A stretch of DNA of 64,000 nucleotides from Azolla caroliniana (taxonomy: Eukaryota; Plantae; Polypodiophyta). This document shows, piece by piece, positions 11,889-23,600 of this stretch. Position 1 is the first letter of the stretch, and each line of letters opens with the position of its first letter. The notes under the pieces were generated by a model that had not been told where the DNA came from, searched no databases, and saw only the letters and a program-made list of their open reading frames with translations. The position numbers and the translations under genes are program-made. The DNA lies in contig JBHGNT010000017.1 of NCBI GenBank assembly GCA_043228905.1, positions 12,400,001 through 12,464,000 of the forward strand. The letters run 5' to 3'.

Positions 11889-14800
11889 ATGGTGGTTCCG
11901 GAAGTGGCGGATTTACAGCAAGTAACCACACGGTCGAAAGGCATGGCCAAAGAATGGGAAACACAAGAGGCCATACGAAAACAAGCGACGGAATGGGTGA
12001 AGGAAGCCAATGAAAGAAACGTCGCGGACGCGGAACGGCAAAAGGCGAAGACCATAGGGAGTGCCGGCGGTAGCCACCCAGAAAACGAGACATGGCAAGC
12101 ACTACAAGAATGTCAGATCACGTTACCACTAGGAAGACTCTTGCAGCTCGTGCCGCGATTCACAGAAGGACTAAAAACGGTCATGACAGACGGCATAGCT
12201 CCACCAGCACCAGTCCTTTTCTCGAATCCGGAGGAGGGACCGACGGTGGTGGACACTAGTAGTCCGGTGATCACAGCTATTGTCAAAGGGCACGAACTTC
12301 CCGGCACAGTAATCGATGGAGGTTCCGGAGTGAACGTAATAAGCCTTCGCACGTGTGATGCCTTGGGTATACATGAATGGGAGCCATGTCCATTCTGGCT
12401 ACGGATGGCGGATACGAGCTCTGTACGGCCGACGGGCTTAATACGGAAATTGGAAGTCACCATAGGAGGTCACACATTTCACATCTTGGCTGTAGTGCTG
12501 CAGCTACAGGCGCAAGGCGCGTACCCACTGCTGCTGGGCAGACCATGGTTGAAAACAGCACACATCAAGCAAAATTGGCGAAAAAATATGATTACCTTCC
12601 GGCGCGGAAAAGCCAAGGTCCGGGTACCGACACAACCACGGACAAGCAACGGTAAGGAATGCACACCGCTGTATGCGGAATGTGTGAACATGCTTGAAGG
12701 GTTGGCAGACGACGAAGAAGCCCAGTACTTGGAGGAACACCCGAAGATCGTACCACTCTTCGAGATTGACGTAGCTGAAGCCGTAGCCCCATACTTGCCG
12801 CAGCGGGACGACACCGAAGCTGAACCAGAGAAAGATGTGATTCGCGAATTACGGCAAGCACAGGAAGCGTTGGAACGGGAAATGGCCGTTTCCCAACGGG
12901 TAAAAGCATCCCAGCTCGACGAAGTGAACCTAGGAAGCAAGGACGAATCAAAGCCGGTACACATCGCCAAAGAAATGAAGCCGGAAGATAAAGCGGCGAT
13001 GATCAAACTTCTCACGGAGTTTCGCGACGTATTCGCCTGGTCATACGAAGACATGCGAGGGCTGGACCCTCAATTATATCAGCATCAGATCCACCTAGGC
13101 AAGGACGCGAAACCAGTGGCGCAACGATGTTACCGAATGAACCCCAACTACGCCGCCAAAGTGAAGGAGGAAATCGACAAACTCCTAAGAGTAGGCTTCA
13201 TCCGGCCGGTAAAGAAAGCGACGTGGTTGAGCCCCATCGTCGTCGTCCCCAAGAAGAACGGTAAAATCCGTGTGTGTGTTGATTACAGGAAACTAAATGC
13301 CGCCACAATTACGGATGCATTCCCTCTTCCGTTCACGGACGGAGTACTGGATGCCATCGCCGGTCATGAAGTTTATAGCTTTTTAGACGGGTTCAGCGGG
13401 TACAATCAAATCCGGATGCACCCGGACGACCAGGAAAAGACAGCGTTCGTCACCGAATGGGGGGTGTTTGTGGCCGAAGTCATGATGTTCGGCCTAAAAA
13501 CGGCACCAGCAACGTTCCAGCGAATCATCATGGAGATCTTCGGCGAATACATTCCTGCCTTCATGCAAGTTTTCCTGGATGATTTTGCAGTTTATAGCCG
13601 GGGAAAAGACCATTTGCAGCACCTACGGTTATGCCTTGAAAAGTGTAGGTTATACCGGCTAAGCTTAAACCCAGCAAAATGCATCTTTGGGGTTTCAAGT
13701 GGAATATTGCTGGGACACATTGTAAGTAAGGAGGGCATTGCGGTCGACCCGGACAAAGTAAACGCCATACTAGGGGCACCGGCGCCGAAAACGGCCAAAG
13801 CACTAAGCCGATTCTTAGGACAAATCCGGTGGCACAGCCGGATGCTCCGTCACTTGGCGGACTTGGCGACACCATTACACACCGCGGTACATCGGACACC
13901 GTTCCAATGGACGGATACGGAGGATAAGGCATACAATGCCCTGAAGGTACTTTTATCGCAAGCACCCGTCGTGCAGCCTCCGGATTGGAGCAAGGAATTT
14001 CATGTGTTCGTGGACGCTTCCGACATCGCTATTGGCAGCGCCTTAATGCAACTTACGGAGCCTAAATGGTACCGGCCGGTATATTACGCCAGCCGGAAGC
14101 TGTCCCAAGCGGAGAAGAACTATTCAACGACGGAACGGGAGGCTCTGGGCATGATCTACAGTGTAACAAAGTTTCGTCACTACCTATTGGGAAGGAAGTT
14201 CTCCTTCCATGTGGATCACTCGGCGCTCCTCTACTTAGTTTCCAAGGCGTCCCTGACCGGTAAGTTGGCTCGTTGGACCTTACTGTTGCAGGAGTTCGAA
14301 TTCGAGATTTTTCACCGGCCCGGTATCCAGCATGCCATAGCAGACTACCTGAGCCGGTTAGAGTCCGGAGAACCAGGCGACGGAGTAGCGGATGAATTCC
14401 CGGACGCGGAGTTATTCCGTATCACCCCGGAAACGGCAGCGGACGACACGGTGGCATCAGAAGATAAATGGCTGACAAACATGCACCAGTTCCTAAGCAC
14501 GGGCCTGCCACCGGAGGAAATGAACCGGGACGAGAGGAAACGACTGGCGGTGCAGAGCCGCAATTTCTGTCTGTTACGGGACACTCTCTACCACAAAGGA
14601 GCAGATGGAATATGGAGACGGGCAGTCCGTAGTGACGAGAAAGAAGTAATCTTACGGGAAGCACACTGTGGGGTTGCCGGAGTACACTATGCCGGGGAAG
14701 CGATGGCAAGAAAGGTATGGCAGAGCGGCTTATGGTGGCCCACGACGCTAAAAGATGCCGTGAAGTATGCTAAGGAATGTGACCTATGCCAACGAATGGG

Positions 14801-15875
14801 CCAGCCTACGGAGCAAGCACGGATGCCACACCAACCGGTACTTCCACTAGAGCCATTCCAGAAGTGGGGGTTGGATTTTGTCGGACCGTTCAAGCCACCG
14901 GCAATGAGAACGGGTAATCGTTATGTCATCGTGGCAACGGATTATTGCACTAAATGGGTGGAAGCTAAGGCCCTGAGAGACAACACCGCGTCATCCACAG
15001 CAAAATTCCTGTACGAAAACATTTGGTGCCGATATGGATGTCCGATTGAATTAATCAGCGACCAAGGAGGCCACTTCCTCGGCCAGGTAGTGGAAAGCTT
15101 AACAACGTTCTATGCCGTGGTCCATAAAAGAAGCACACCGTATTACCCACAGGCGAACGGGTTAGCAGAGTCCACCAACAAAACGCTGCAGAACATTCTC
15201 CGCAAAATTGTCAATGAAAACCGGACGGACTGGGACACAAAGCTCCATAGTGCGCTATGGGCGTACAGAACGGCATACAAAACGAGTATCCGGACAACGC
15301 CGTTCCGGTTAGCATTCGGCTTAGAAGCGGTCATGCCGGTGGAGTTTCAGGTACCAAGCTTACGGATCCAACTACGGGAACGGCTGAATGAAAAGAAGTC
15401 GGAGGAAATACGGCTAGCAGCACTATGCGAACTGGAGGAGCAACGGCTGGCCAGCATCCTACACATGGAACTGGAGCAACGACGACGGAAAGCGTTCGTT
15501 GACCGTCACCGGAAAGGTAATGAGAAGATGTTCGAAATCGGAAAGCCGGTGCTAGTATTCCAAACGAGGATGGGCAAGATGCCGGGTAAACTCCGGTTCA
15601 GATGGACAGGCCCGTATTGGCTGACACGGGAATACAACGGGTCCTATCAGATAGGGACACTTGCCGGGGAAGTACTAGGCAAGTGGGTGAATGGATTTCG
15701 ACTAAAGCGCTATAAAGGACCGATGCCAAAGAACCCGTTTATGCAGCTCACCGGCACTACACCAGGAACCTGTCCGGGATCGGTACGGATCGATCCGGAA
15801 GAAAAAGACGACGGAGAACCCGTAGTAGAGACGAAGGAAAACGGTCAGGGTCCGAAGGGACCTACGGATGTGTAA
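11889..15875 (+). CDS. pol: Gypsy Pol polyprotein (PR, RT, RNase H, integrase), uninterrupted
   Basis: VIDGGSGVN protease, FLDDFAV RT, VDASDIAIG...TTEREALG RNase H, HCG..H..C..C plus WGLDFVGP/ISDQGGHF/NGLAE integrase, GPY motif. No chromodomain. Confidence 0.97.
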   Translation: MVVPEVADLQQVTTRSKGMAKEWETQEAIRKQATEWVKEANERNVADAERQKAKTIGSAGGSHPENETWQALQECQITLPLGRLLQLVPRFTEGLKTVMTDGIAPPAPVLFSNPEEGPTVVDTSSPVITAIVKGHELPGTVIDGGSGVNVISLRTCDALGIHEWEPCPFWLRMADTSSVRPTGLIRKLEVTIGGHTFHILAVVLQLQAQGAYPLLLGRPWLKTAHIKQNWRKNMITFRRGKAKVRVPTQPRTSNGKECTPLYAECVNMLEGLADDEEAQYLEEHPKIVPLFEIDVAEAVAPYLPQRDDTEAEPEKDVIRELRQAQEALEREMAVSQRVKASQLDEVNLGSKDESKPVHIAKEMKPEDKAAMIKLLTEFRDVFAWSYEDMRGLDPQLYQHQIHLGKDAKPVAQRCYRMNPNYAAKVKEEIDKLLRVGFIRPVKKATWLSPIVVVPKKNGKIRVCVDYRKLNAATITDAFPLPFTDGVLDAIAGHEVYSFLDGFSGYNQIRMHPDDQEKTAFVTEWGVFVAEVMMFGLKTAPATFQRIIMEIFGEYIPAFMQVFLDDFAVYSRGKDHLQHLRLCLEKCRLYRLSLNPAKCIFGVSSGILLGHIVSKEGIAVDPDKVNAILGAPAPKTAKALSRFLGQIRWHSRMLRHLADLATPLHTAVHRTPFQWTDTEDKAYNALKVLLSQAPVVQPPDWSKEFHVFVDASDIAIGSALMQLTEPKWYRPVYYASRKLSQAEKNYSTTEREALGMIYSVTKFRHYLLGRKFSFHVDHSALLYLVSKASLTGKLARWTLLLQEFEFEIFHRPGIQHAIADYLSRLESGEPGDGVADEFPDAELFRITPETAADDTVASEDKWLTNMHQFLSTGLPPEEMNRDERKRLAVQSRNFCLLRDTLYHKGADGIWRRAVRSDEKEVILREAHCGVAGVHYAGEAMARKVWQSGLWWPTTLKDAVKYAKECDLCQRMGQPTEQARMPHQPVLPLEPFQKWGLDFVGPFKPPAMRTGNRYVIVATDYCTKWVEAKALRDNTASSTAKFLYENIWCRYGCPIELISDQGGHFLGQVVESLTTFYAVVHKRSTPYYPQANGLAESTNKTLQNILRKIVNENRTDWDTKLHSALWAYRTAYKTSIRTTPFRLAFGLEAVMPVEFQVPSLRIQLRERLNEKKSEEIRLAALCELEEQRLASILHMELEQRRRKAFVDRHRKGNEKMFEIGKPVLVFQTRMGKMPGKLRFRWTGPYWLTREYNGSYQIGTLAGEVLGKWVNGFRLKRYKGPMPKNPFMQLTGTTPGTCPGSVRIDPEEKDDGEPVVETKENGQGPKGPTDV

Positions 15876-15899
15876 GGTCACACACCGTCAATAATAATA

Positions 15900-15932
<33 letters not shown>

Positions 15933-16259
15933 TCATTAAAAATCGAGGTATGAACGGGTGTGAAAGCGAGGCGCGAAAAGGTACGTAGTGGGCATTTAAG
16001 AGACGCCACGCTACTTAATACTAAATTGGTACACGACGTGTGCATGCTCGAAAAAGGCGCCAAAACGCACAAAGAAGAAGCAGAACGCATGGAGACCTTT
16101 TCATTTCGCGAGCCAAGAAGCACAGAAGCACCAAGACAGTGGAAGCTGAGCAAACGCGAACCTGCACGCAGAGAACCCCCGCGCTCAGAACGCTCTCTCT
16201 CTCGCTCTCACTCTCATCACCACTCTACCTCGCCATCTTCCCTCGACCTTGAAGCAGAC

Positions 16260-18959
16260 ATGGAACCACAAACGCTGTCGGAAGCGGCCAGGAAATGGTT
16301 CAGGCAAAACGGACTGGAGGGGTTCTTGGCCATCATGGAGGCACCGCCGCACAGAGAAGCCGACCGGGTCATCAAGGAGCTCGCCACAGAGGTCATCACC
16401 GAGGAAGCGATCCGCACGCTAACAGGCCTTCCGGAGGGAGGAATCTTTCAGATCGATAACCCAACCTCGGAGCAACTCACCCGATATTTCGGTGAGTACT
16501 CTGTTGCCGGCAAAGGCTATCGGACGCAGGGCGGCGAAGATCCGCTATTCAGGGAGATAGCTCGAGTGCTCCATGAGTACGGTCACGTGTACCCCCGACC
16601 CCCTGTCATGCCAAAAAATCGGGCAGGGATGATCATAGCCACCTATGAAGGGGTCAAGGTGGACTGGCCGGTGTTGATTGCAGACGGGTTGTGCATGGCA
16701 ATCGACATGGTACGAGGGAAGGACGGCAAGGAGGGCCGGAAGCTATGGCACGCCGTAGCTCAATGGATAACATTGCTCGTGCCGCCGGTCGAGACCGTCC
16801 AGCCAAAGAAGCGGCCAAGAGTATCGGAAGGAAGCACTTCGAAGCCGGCGTCCAAACGACAGCAGCTGCTGGCGTCGAAGGCGACAAAAGGGAAGAAACG
16901 GGCCCCAGAACCGGAGGAGGTGTCACCGGTCCGACCCGTCAAGATAACCTTACGGAGACCAGGACAGAAGGAACCGGAACCCTTGACGGCACAAAAACAT
17001 GCCGTGACACAGGAAGAGGAAACGGAGGAGCCAGAAGAGCACCTCCAACGACGGTCAAGAAGTAGGACCGCCGAGACAGGAGGGGAGCGGTCGTACCCGC
17101 GAGAGGCAGAAACGCCCCCAACTCAACCTGAGCAAACCACAAGGGAAGAACCGGAACCGGTGCGTAGGGAACCGGTCTTGTCGACTTCTATAGAAGAAGT
17201 CAGTCCAACGGCTCCGGAGACGGCGAGAACCGGAACTCAACAGCCGGCGAGCCCAGCCAGAGCACACGGCGGCCAAGGAGTAGAACCAGAACGGCATATG
17301 CAGGCAATCAGGCCAGACAATTCCACAGTGAATGAGCCGACCCGACCAGTACAGCAACAGGGCACCAGTAGCATGTGGCTACGGTGGGTAGGCGAGCAAA
17401 TCGCCGGAGTGGTCGAGTATATAGAGGCGGAAGAGAGAGCGCACCAGGAACGGTTGCTCGTCACAACCGTAGATCTAGAGACGGCCCGGTCCAGAATCCG
17501 GAGCCTTGAACAAGACTTGGACAGGGTCACAAGGGAAATGGCGCAAGTGGCTTTGACAACACAAGTCCAAGCACCGGTGACTCCGGGCAATGTACAGAAT
17601 AAAGCGGCGGATCAACCTGTACATAGCAATCAGACCCCGGCAACGGAAACCGTTCCGGAGAGAAATGCGTCACAAGCCCAAGAGCTTGCGGATTTAAAGG
17701 ATGAGCTTGCTGCCCAAGAAGCGCTGAGGAGCCGCGAAAGAGAATTGAAGACGGCAGCGGAGGCGGAACTCAAAAAGACTGCGGAGAATCTACGCCGGGC
17801 CGAGGAGGGCTTACGGAAAAGCCACCAAGCGTACGACCGGCTCAAGGAGGAAAAGGAGAAAATGTTGCAAGAGAAGGACAAGCTCCGGAGGAACGCCGAA
17901 ACAGAAGTAGAACGCCTGAAAGAGGAACTCCGGCAGGTAAAGGACCGGGAGGACCGGAACCATCGCCAGCTCAACGGCAAGCTCAAACAAAAAACGGAGG
18001 AATTTGAGCAATTGCACCGGGAGTATAAACGGTTGCAAACGGAGCACAAGGAACGGACGGATGAGCTCCGGCAAGCAGTTGATCGGACCGCAACCGCATT
18101 CGCCAAGGAACAAGCGGAAAACAGAAGACGGTTGGAAGAGGCGGAGAAGGTTCGGACAGAGCTCCTCAGGCAACAGCAGGCGGAAAAAGAAAGAGCGGCG
18201 GAGGTACTGCAGAGGCTGCAAACGACATATCAAGGGCAGCTGACGCGCTACAGAGAGCAGGCGGAGGATACTGCAAACCTCATCAAGCAGTTGAAGGAGG
18301 AGCGACAAGTGGTGGAAAGCAGAGCTCAAATGGGAGCAAGTCGCATCCAAGATATAATGCGGGCCTGGTTGAACCAGACCAAGAGCTTGATTGACAACGG
18401 TTCCGTCAAATGGTGGACCAAGTGGGCCACGAACGCGGCGGAACTCCAATTGCTCCGGGCCGACGTAGAGAACCGGCGGAAGGAGGGAGATGATTGCTAT
18501 ATGCTGACTTCCGAAGACTTCACCGGCATAAGGGATGAGCTTGCCGAAGACTTTCAAGCCTTGGCAGAGGACCAACTAGAGCAAGTCCGGCAACTTGTAG
18601 CTCAGCTGGACGACGACAGGCTGGAGGCGCAGATCCAGTTTGAAAGCTACGAGAGGTCCCGGATCCGGGGAGAGAAAGAACGAGAACCAGTTACGGTCAA
18701 CCTCAGTGATGAGGAACCGTTACTGGAAGGAGACCGGACCGGAAGCAGTCAAACGGAGATGCCGGAGCCAGAGAGACAAACGGAGCAGCCGGAGTCAGCG
18801 AAACAAACGGAGCAGCAGCAGCAAGCAGAGCAGCCGGAGCAACCTCAGTCCCAACCGCAACCACAGCAGCAGCAGCAAGCACAGCCGCAACAACCACAAC
18901 CGGAAGAACAAACGGAAATTCTTGAACAAAGTAATTTGGACAATTTGGGTGAACAATGA
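16260..18959 (+). CDS. Extra 3' ORF (~899 aa): globular N-domain, disordered linker, long coiled coil, Q/P-rich tail
   Basis: Uninterrupted ORF between pol and the 3' LTR. ATG 16260 follows a CT-rich leader. E/K/R/Q heptad-rich central region. Confidence 0.85.
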   Translation: MEPQTLSEAARKWFRQNGLEGFLAIMEAPPHREADRVIKELATEVITEEAIRTLTGLPEGGIFQIDNPTSEQLTRYFGEYSVAGKGYRTQGGEDPLFREIARVLHEYGHVYPRPPVMPKNRAGMIIATYEGVKVDWPVLIADGLCMAIDMVRGKDGKEGRKLWHAVAQWITLLVPPVETVQPKKRPRVSEGSTSKPASKRQQLLASKATKGKKRAPEPEEVSPVRPVKITLRRPGQKEPEPLTAQKHAVTQEEETEEPEEHLQRRSRSRTAETGGERSYPREAETPPTQPEQTTREEPEPVRREPVLSTSIEEVSPTAPETARTGTQQPASPARAHGGQGVEPERHMQAIRPDNSTVNEPTRPVQQQGTSSMWLRWVGEQIAGVVEYIEAEERAHQERLLVTTVDLETARSRIRSLEQDLDRVTREMAQVALTTQVQAPVTPGNVQNKAADQPVHSNQTPATETVPERNASQAQELADLKDELAAQEALRSRERELKTAAEAELKKTAENLRRAEEGLRKSHQAYDRLKEEKEKMLQEKDKLRRNAETEVERLKEELRQVKDREDRNHRQLNGKLKQKTEEFEQLHREYKRLQTEHKERTDELRQAVDRTATAFAKEQAENRRRLEEAEKVRTELLRQQQAEKERAAEVLQRLQTTYQGQLTRYREQAEDTANLIKQLKEERQVVESRAQMGASRIQDIMRAWLNQTKSLIDNGSVKWWTKWATNAAELQLLRADVENRRKEGDDCYMLTSEDFTGIRDELAEDFQALAEDQLEQVRQLVAQLDDDRLEAQIQFESYERSRIRGEKEREPVTVNLSDEEPLLEGDRTGSSQTEMPEPERQTEQPESAKQTEQQQQAEQPEQPQSQPQPQQQQQAQPQQPQPEEQTEILEQSNLDNLGEQ

Positions 18960-19011
18960 AGGGGCCGAGAAGGGTTCGACGTACAAGGTACTGTCCCACA
19001 GGCGTGCCATG

Positions 19012-19431
19012 TGTTACCGGCCGGCAAGGAGTCCAAAATACGGAGTGAAGGAATTAATTAGATATGGTTGTAAATGAGCATAGTGTGGACGGACGGACTG
19101 GAAACGGTATGCCGTTCCAGATCCGGACGGATCCCGAATAGGTGCGAGAGGCACCGTTTTGTACTACGGGCCGGAAACCTATTTAAAGGCCCGGACCCTA
19201 TTGTAATGACAGCGGATAATTAATAGAGATTCTGATGTTTATACTTCTGTCTTGATTTCCGTTCTGTAATTACTGTTATAACTTACGCGTGTAATTAACC
19301 AAAGCAATCTAATCGTGAAACCTACGTAAGTCGGTGTAATCGTTGAATCTTAATCCTATGCCGTAATCACCCTTTGGTGAAGTGTCTCCGTGACACCTTG
19401 TGTTAGGCCTTGTCCGGCTAAGAGAATAACA
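19012..19431 (+). repeat. 3' LTR (420 bp)
   Basis: Direct repeat of 9565-9980, followed by TSD TCGTT. Confidence 0.97.
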
Positions 19432-20652
19432 TCGTTGTCCCATACCACCGCCGTGGCGTCGAGTCGTACCTGGTGCTGGTGCGCTCACTACAAGAGTTGA
19501 CCCACCACAAGACAGAGTCTCGACGTAGTCAACAAGATCATGAAATGAGGGTAGCTAGGCCTCTTATTTATAGCGATACCCAAGTCCCCTAGGCAAGTTC
19601 ACAGTTGGCCTAATGGGTTGTCTCAATCCCGAGGATTAAAAGTAATCCTCCCCTTCTTTACACTCTCGTTTAACCCTCACACTTATCCACGTGTATATAA
19701 TACTATGGTAAATTCTGACCATGGGATATTATATGGTCATGCTCGTAACAATTACAGTCAAAAAAGGTGGATTTATTCGTCCAAATGGCAGATAAATCAC
19801 TATCCTTCTAGAAGACCGGACAAGCACGACAGGTTTGGTGTCCGATTGGGCAGAGGTACTCAAGGATTGTCGAGTACTAAGAAGGATGGAGGATGGCTAT
19901 TACAATAGAATAAAGACAACAACCAAACAACATCCAAAACAAGAATCGGGAACCCGAACGGAGTTTGGCAAAGGAAAGGAGCCAGAATCTGTGATTGATG
20001 AACTAATAAAGGGAATGCGAGATCTACAACTCAAGTTCACAAAGCTTGAGAAGGGTGAAAGCTCGGGTGTCAGAAAAAAGCCCAATGAAGGAGAAAAGGG
20101 TGAATTCATCCGACGATGCATATGGTGCGATAGCATGGAGCACCAAAAAAGGGATTGTTAGAGCCATAAGGAAGCATTAGAAAGAAATGTAATCTTCTAT
20201 CAAAATGGGAGAATCCACTCCTCGGAGACCCGACAACCCCTAAAAACCAACTTTGGCAAAGGTGGGATGAAGAAAGTGATGGAGGACGAAGAGTCGAAGA
20301 ATGTTCAGGCAATGTACTTTTCGACTACTTCCGGATTGAAGGTTCATGATGCCCAGATTGGATCAAGATTCTGGGGAAAAGTGATAAAGTCTGTTACTGA
20401 GAGAAGAGTCCAACCACAGGACTTACGGAAGGTTGGCGATGAGATTAGGAGTAGTACTGGGTGGAATGACCTAGTAGATTCACTGATTGCGATTGCCAAG
20501 ATAGCAGGGGTGAATGCCCACGAAGTGACAGTCGAAGAAAAGAGAAGGAGAATTAAATAAGAGACACCCTCAAGAAAACTTGAGACCCGAGAGCAAAAGA
20601 GACGGGAAATGGAATGAGTTGTTGCGGAGGCAATGAAAGAAGAGAAAGGTAA

Positions 20653-23600
20653 AACACGTTCGCGTTCACAAGTGGAAGAATCGCGCATAAATGGAAGGAT
20701 AAGGGAAATTTTAGGGGTTTTTCAATGATTTTACAAAACACATTGATACCAGTATCATACATGTTCAAACATACTATGAAAAAGGTTAAAAATCCACTAT
20801 TTTCGTGATTTAGAAGTAACTAAAAAAAGACGAATTTCAAAAAGATACATTCTCAATTTATATCACAAACTTTACAACCAATGTTATTTTATAAGAAACG
20901 ATTTTTTAGAAATCATAAGAATTCAAAACACATGATTTTATATTACTCGATTTGTTACAAGCGGAATGTAGTTACACTTAATAGCCAAATATACATTCAT
21001 GATCACTCCTTTACGGAGAATCACTACTATAACTAATATACAATGACGATTCCTCCTCATCATCCTCGGATGTACCAATCAGTGCATTATCTTCGTCATA
21101 AACCAAATGGTTTGACTCTAGATTATATGTAGCAGATCTCGTTTGCCTTTGACTCGAGCCACCTTATATACAAGGTCATGTAACTCTAAGAGATGAAGTG
21201 CCCTCCCCATTGAAGGCCACAAAAAGGGTATCCAAAGTCCAGTCAAGACCACCAAAGAAGAAGACAACCAAAATGTCGGATACGGATTCAACAAGTGAAA
21301 ACGAAGAGGAGGATAATAAGGGGACGCCAGGAGCTGAGCTGGCCTCGGGTGTTTTGTCATCCGAGCAGAATAAGATAAGGAGAGAGTTAATGCAACGGAG
21401 ACTGGTCCGGAAAGGGCAAGTGTTTAATTTGCCTATAACACACATCCATCGGCCCCCTATTGATGAAAAAACAGGTCGACGACCACTTGAGATTAGAGAG
21501 CCACACCGCATGCATGTTCAAAATCTCAAGAAAAAAATGAAAATTAATCCTCATGCCACTGTGGTGCCTTTTATTGTTATGGTAGATCCTGAAGAATGTG
21601 AAACCATTGAAGATTTTGATATTAGAAAGCATGATCAATATAATTATTTTGTCATTGGTGGATCGCATTCAGCAGAGGCACGTCGGCAACTTGTGAGAGA
21701 ACATCCAACAACTTTATTCTTCAAGTATGCCGAGTGCAAAATTTATGTTGGGCTCACAACCGAAGAGGCTAAGCTGCTGGCATGGGACCATAATAATGAT
21801 AATGACTATAGGCAGAAAATGTCGTCCATTGAGCGTATACGGTTCTTCTACCACGAGTATTTAGACGTGAAACAAAAGTTTGGTGTGAAGTTACATCCAG
21901 GCCTTCGACGTCAATGTCTGCATGAAGTCGGCATTGTGGTAGATGATAATGTTACGTCTGATGGTCTTCGAAAGTATGAGTCTTGGTTTCAATTGGCGTT
22001 TAGAGATGGAGAAGTATGGGACCTACAAGATCAAATCTTCGCAATGTGGGAGAATAAGGAGGTAAAGGGTCAACGACAAAAGAAATGTAGGGTTGACCCT
22101 CAACTAGAGTTAAAGTCACAAGCCGCCAAGAAAATTGACTTGACAATTGAAGAAGCGGTAGACGACATGAAGCTGTCTCTATGGAGAGCGATGCAAGGTA
22201 TTAAGGACGAGCAGCTTCTTGTGTCGGTTTTGTCAAGGGTTGTGGCGAAAGATTTAAGCCTTGAAGAAATGGTCACTGAGTTCAATAAGTAAGTCTTTCA
22301 AATACTGAAATTGTAGTCTATCTGGTGTAATTCAAAGTTCTAATCTTGATTTCTAATTTTACAGTCATAAGGTGTACATGAAGATCCAAGAAGTTATGAT
22401 GAAACAACTTGGATGTATAACCTGGGAACAAGTGACTGAGGATTATCCTCTAACGTTTTCGTATAAGGCGTTATCAGAGTATTTTATTGCATTCAAGGAT
22501 TGGGTTAGTATTCATGGTTTTTCATTACCCTTTCATCATATGTAGAGTTTGTATAATAATACCTGATGTCCTATTGCTTCTATTAGAAACTGTGTCGAGG
22601 CAAGAAACAAGGAGAAGTTAAGGATATACACGATTTCCCTACATCCTTCCTTGCACATCTCGAGCGAGCCAGAAAAGAAAAGGATCGTCGCTTAGTCAAG
22701 GCGTACGAAATGGAGGAAGATGGCTCCTTTAAAAAATTTAGCCACAAAAAAGATATTACGAGAGATCTTTACTACAATGTGGTTTGCGGTGATGTCATCG
22801 ACTTGATCCAGAAGGTGCCAAAGAAGGAATATACGCTAATGATTGCGGATATTCCTTACGGATTTCGAATGGCTGGGTCATCATACGACGATGAACCGTT
22901 TAGGTTTAAACAATTGGAGAAGATGGTCAAGGATTTCGTTGAGCTAACGACCGCATCCTTGAAGCGAATAGTTGTCTTTCATAGTATGGACCAAGGGTAC
23001 TCGGTAGCTCAAGATTTGAGATCTCGTTGCCATGGCATCGAGAACCTTGCATGGTAAGGATTATTTATAGGTGTCTTTCACTATATTGCATTTCTTAAGG
23101 TTGTTGAATCTATTCTTAACTCGATGAATTATTTTTTATAGGATCAAGACCAATGTAAATAGAGGGCCAACTTTTCGGTTCGTTAATGCCATTGAATACA
23201 TAACGGTTGGCTACTTCGATGAAATTAAGAAACAGAGAATCAAAGAGCATTCTAATGAAGTGGGAGGTTCAAATCTGTTGGTATATCCAGCAGTGACACG
23301 GAAATTGCGACATGTCACCACGACAGAACGGGGACTTGTCAACCCATACCAAAAACCTCAACGACTTATGATGCGCTTGATCGAGATGTTTTCTGTCGAA
23401 GGAGACTGGATATTAGATCTCTTTTCTGGCACAGGTATTCCTCGAACTAGGGTAACGATCTTGAGATAACCAATCCCTTTTTTTTCGTTTGACAACTAAA
23501 TCTTATTGTTACTTACATCACAGGAACTACGTCTGCATGTGCATTGAAGCTGTTTAGAAATACAGTTGCATTGGAGAAGGACGAGGACCAAGTTATATTT

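Larger units (their letters stand above)
9565..19431 (+). mobile_element. Young full-length non-chromovirus Ty3/Gypsy retrotransposon with an extra 3' ORF
   Basis: LTRs 9565-9980 and 19012-19431 differ, by eye, by ~2 substitutions and one 4-bp indel. TSD TCGTT (9560-9564, 19432-19436). PBS, gag, intact pol, extra ORF. Confidence 0.97.
9443..19750 (-). repeat. Probable solo LTR (~440 bp: 9443-9564 plus 19437-19750) split by the young Gypsy
   Basis: Non-gag sequence with TGTAAG...TAACA ends interrupts gag. Reverse TATA at ~19565. No clean TSD. Confidence 0.4.

Noticed and set aside
12113-15334. Many antisense and alternate-frame ORFs (also 17055-18575, 39032-40263, 62437-63980)
   Set aside because: Shadow ORFs of GC-rich retroelement coding sequence with no recognisable motifs.
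15960-16259. N-terminal 100 aa of the 999-aa ORF
   Set aside because: GTG start and a CT-rich, leader-like sequence; ATG 16260 is more plausible, although upstream ATGs are in frame.
16260-18959. Retroviral env gene or host SMC/myosin gene
   Set aside because: No evident signal peptide or transmembrane helix, no ATPase motifs, and it lies between paired LTRs.
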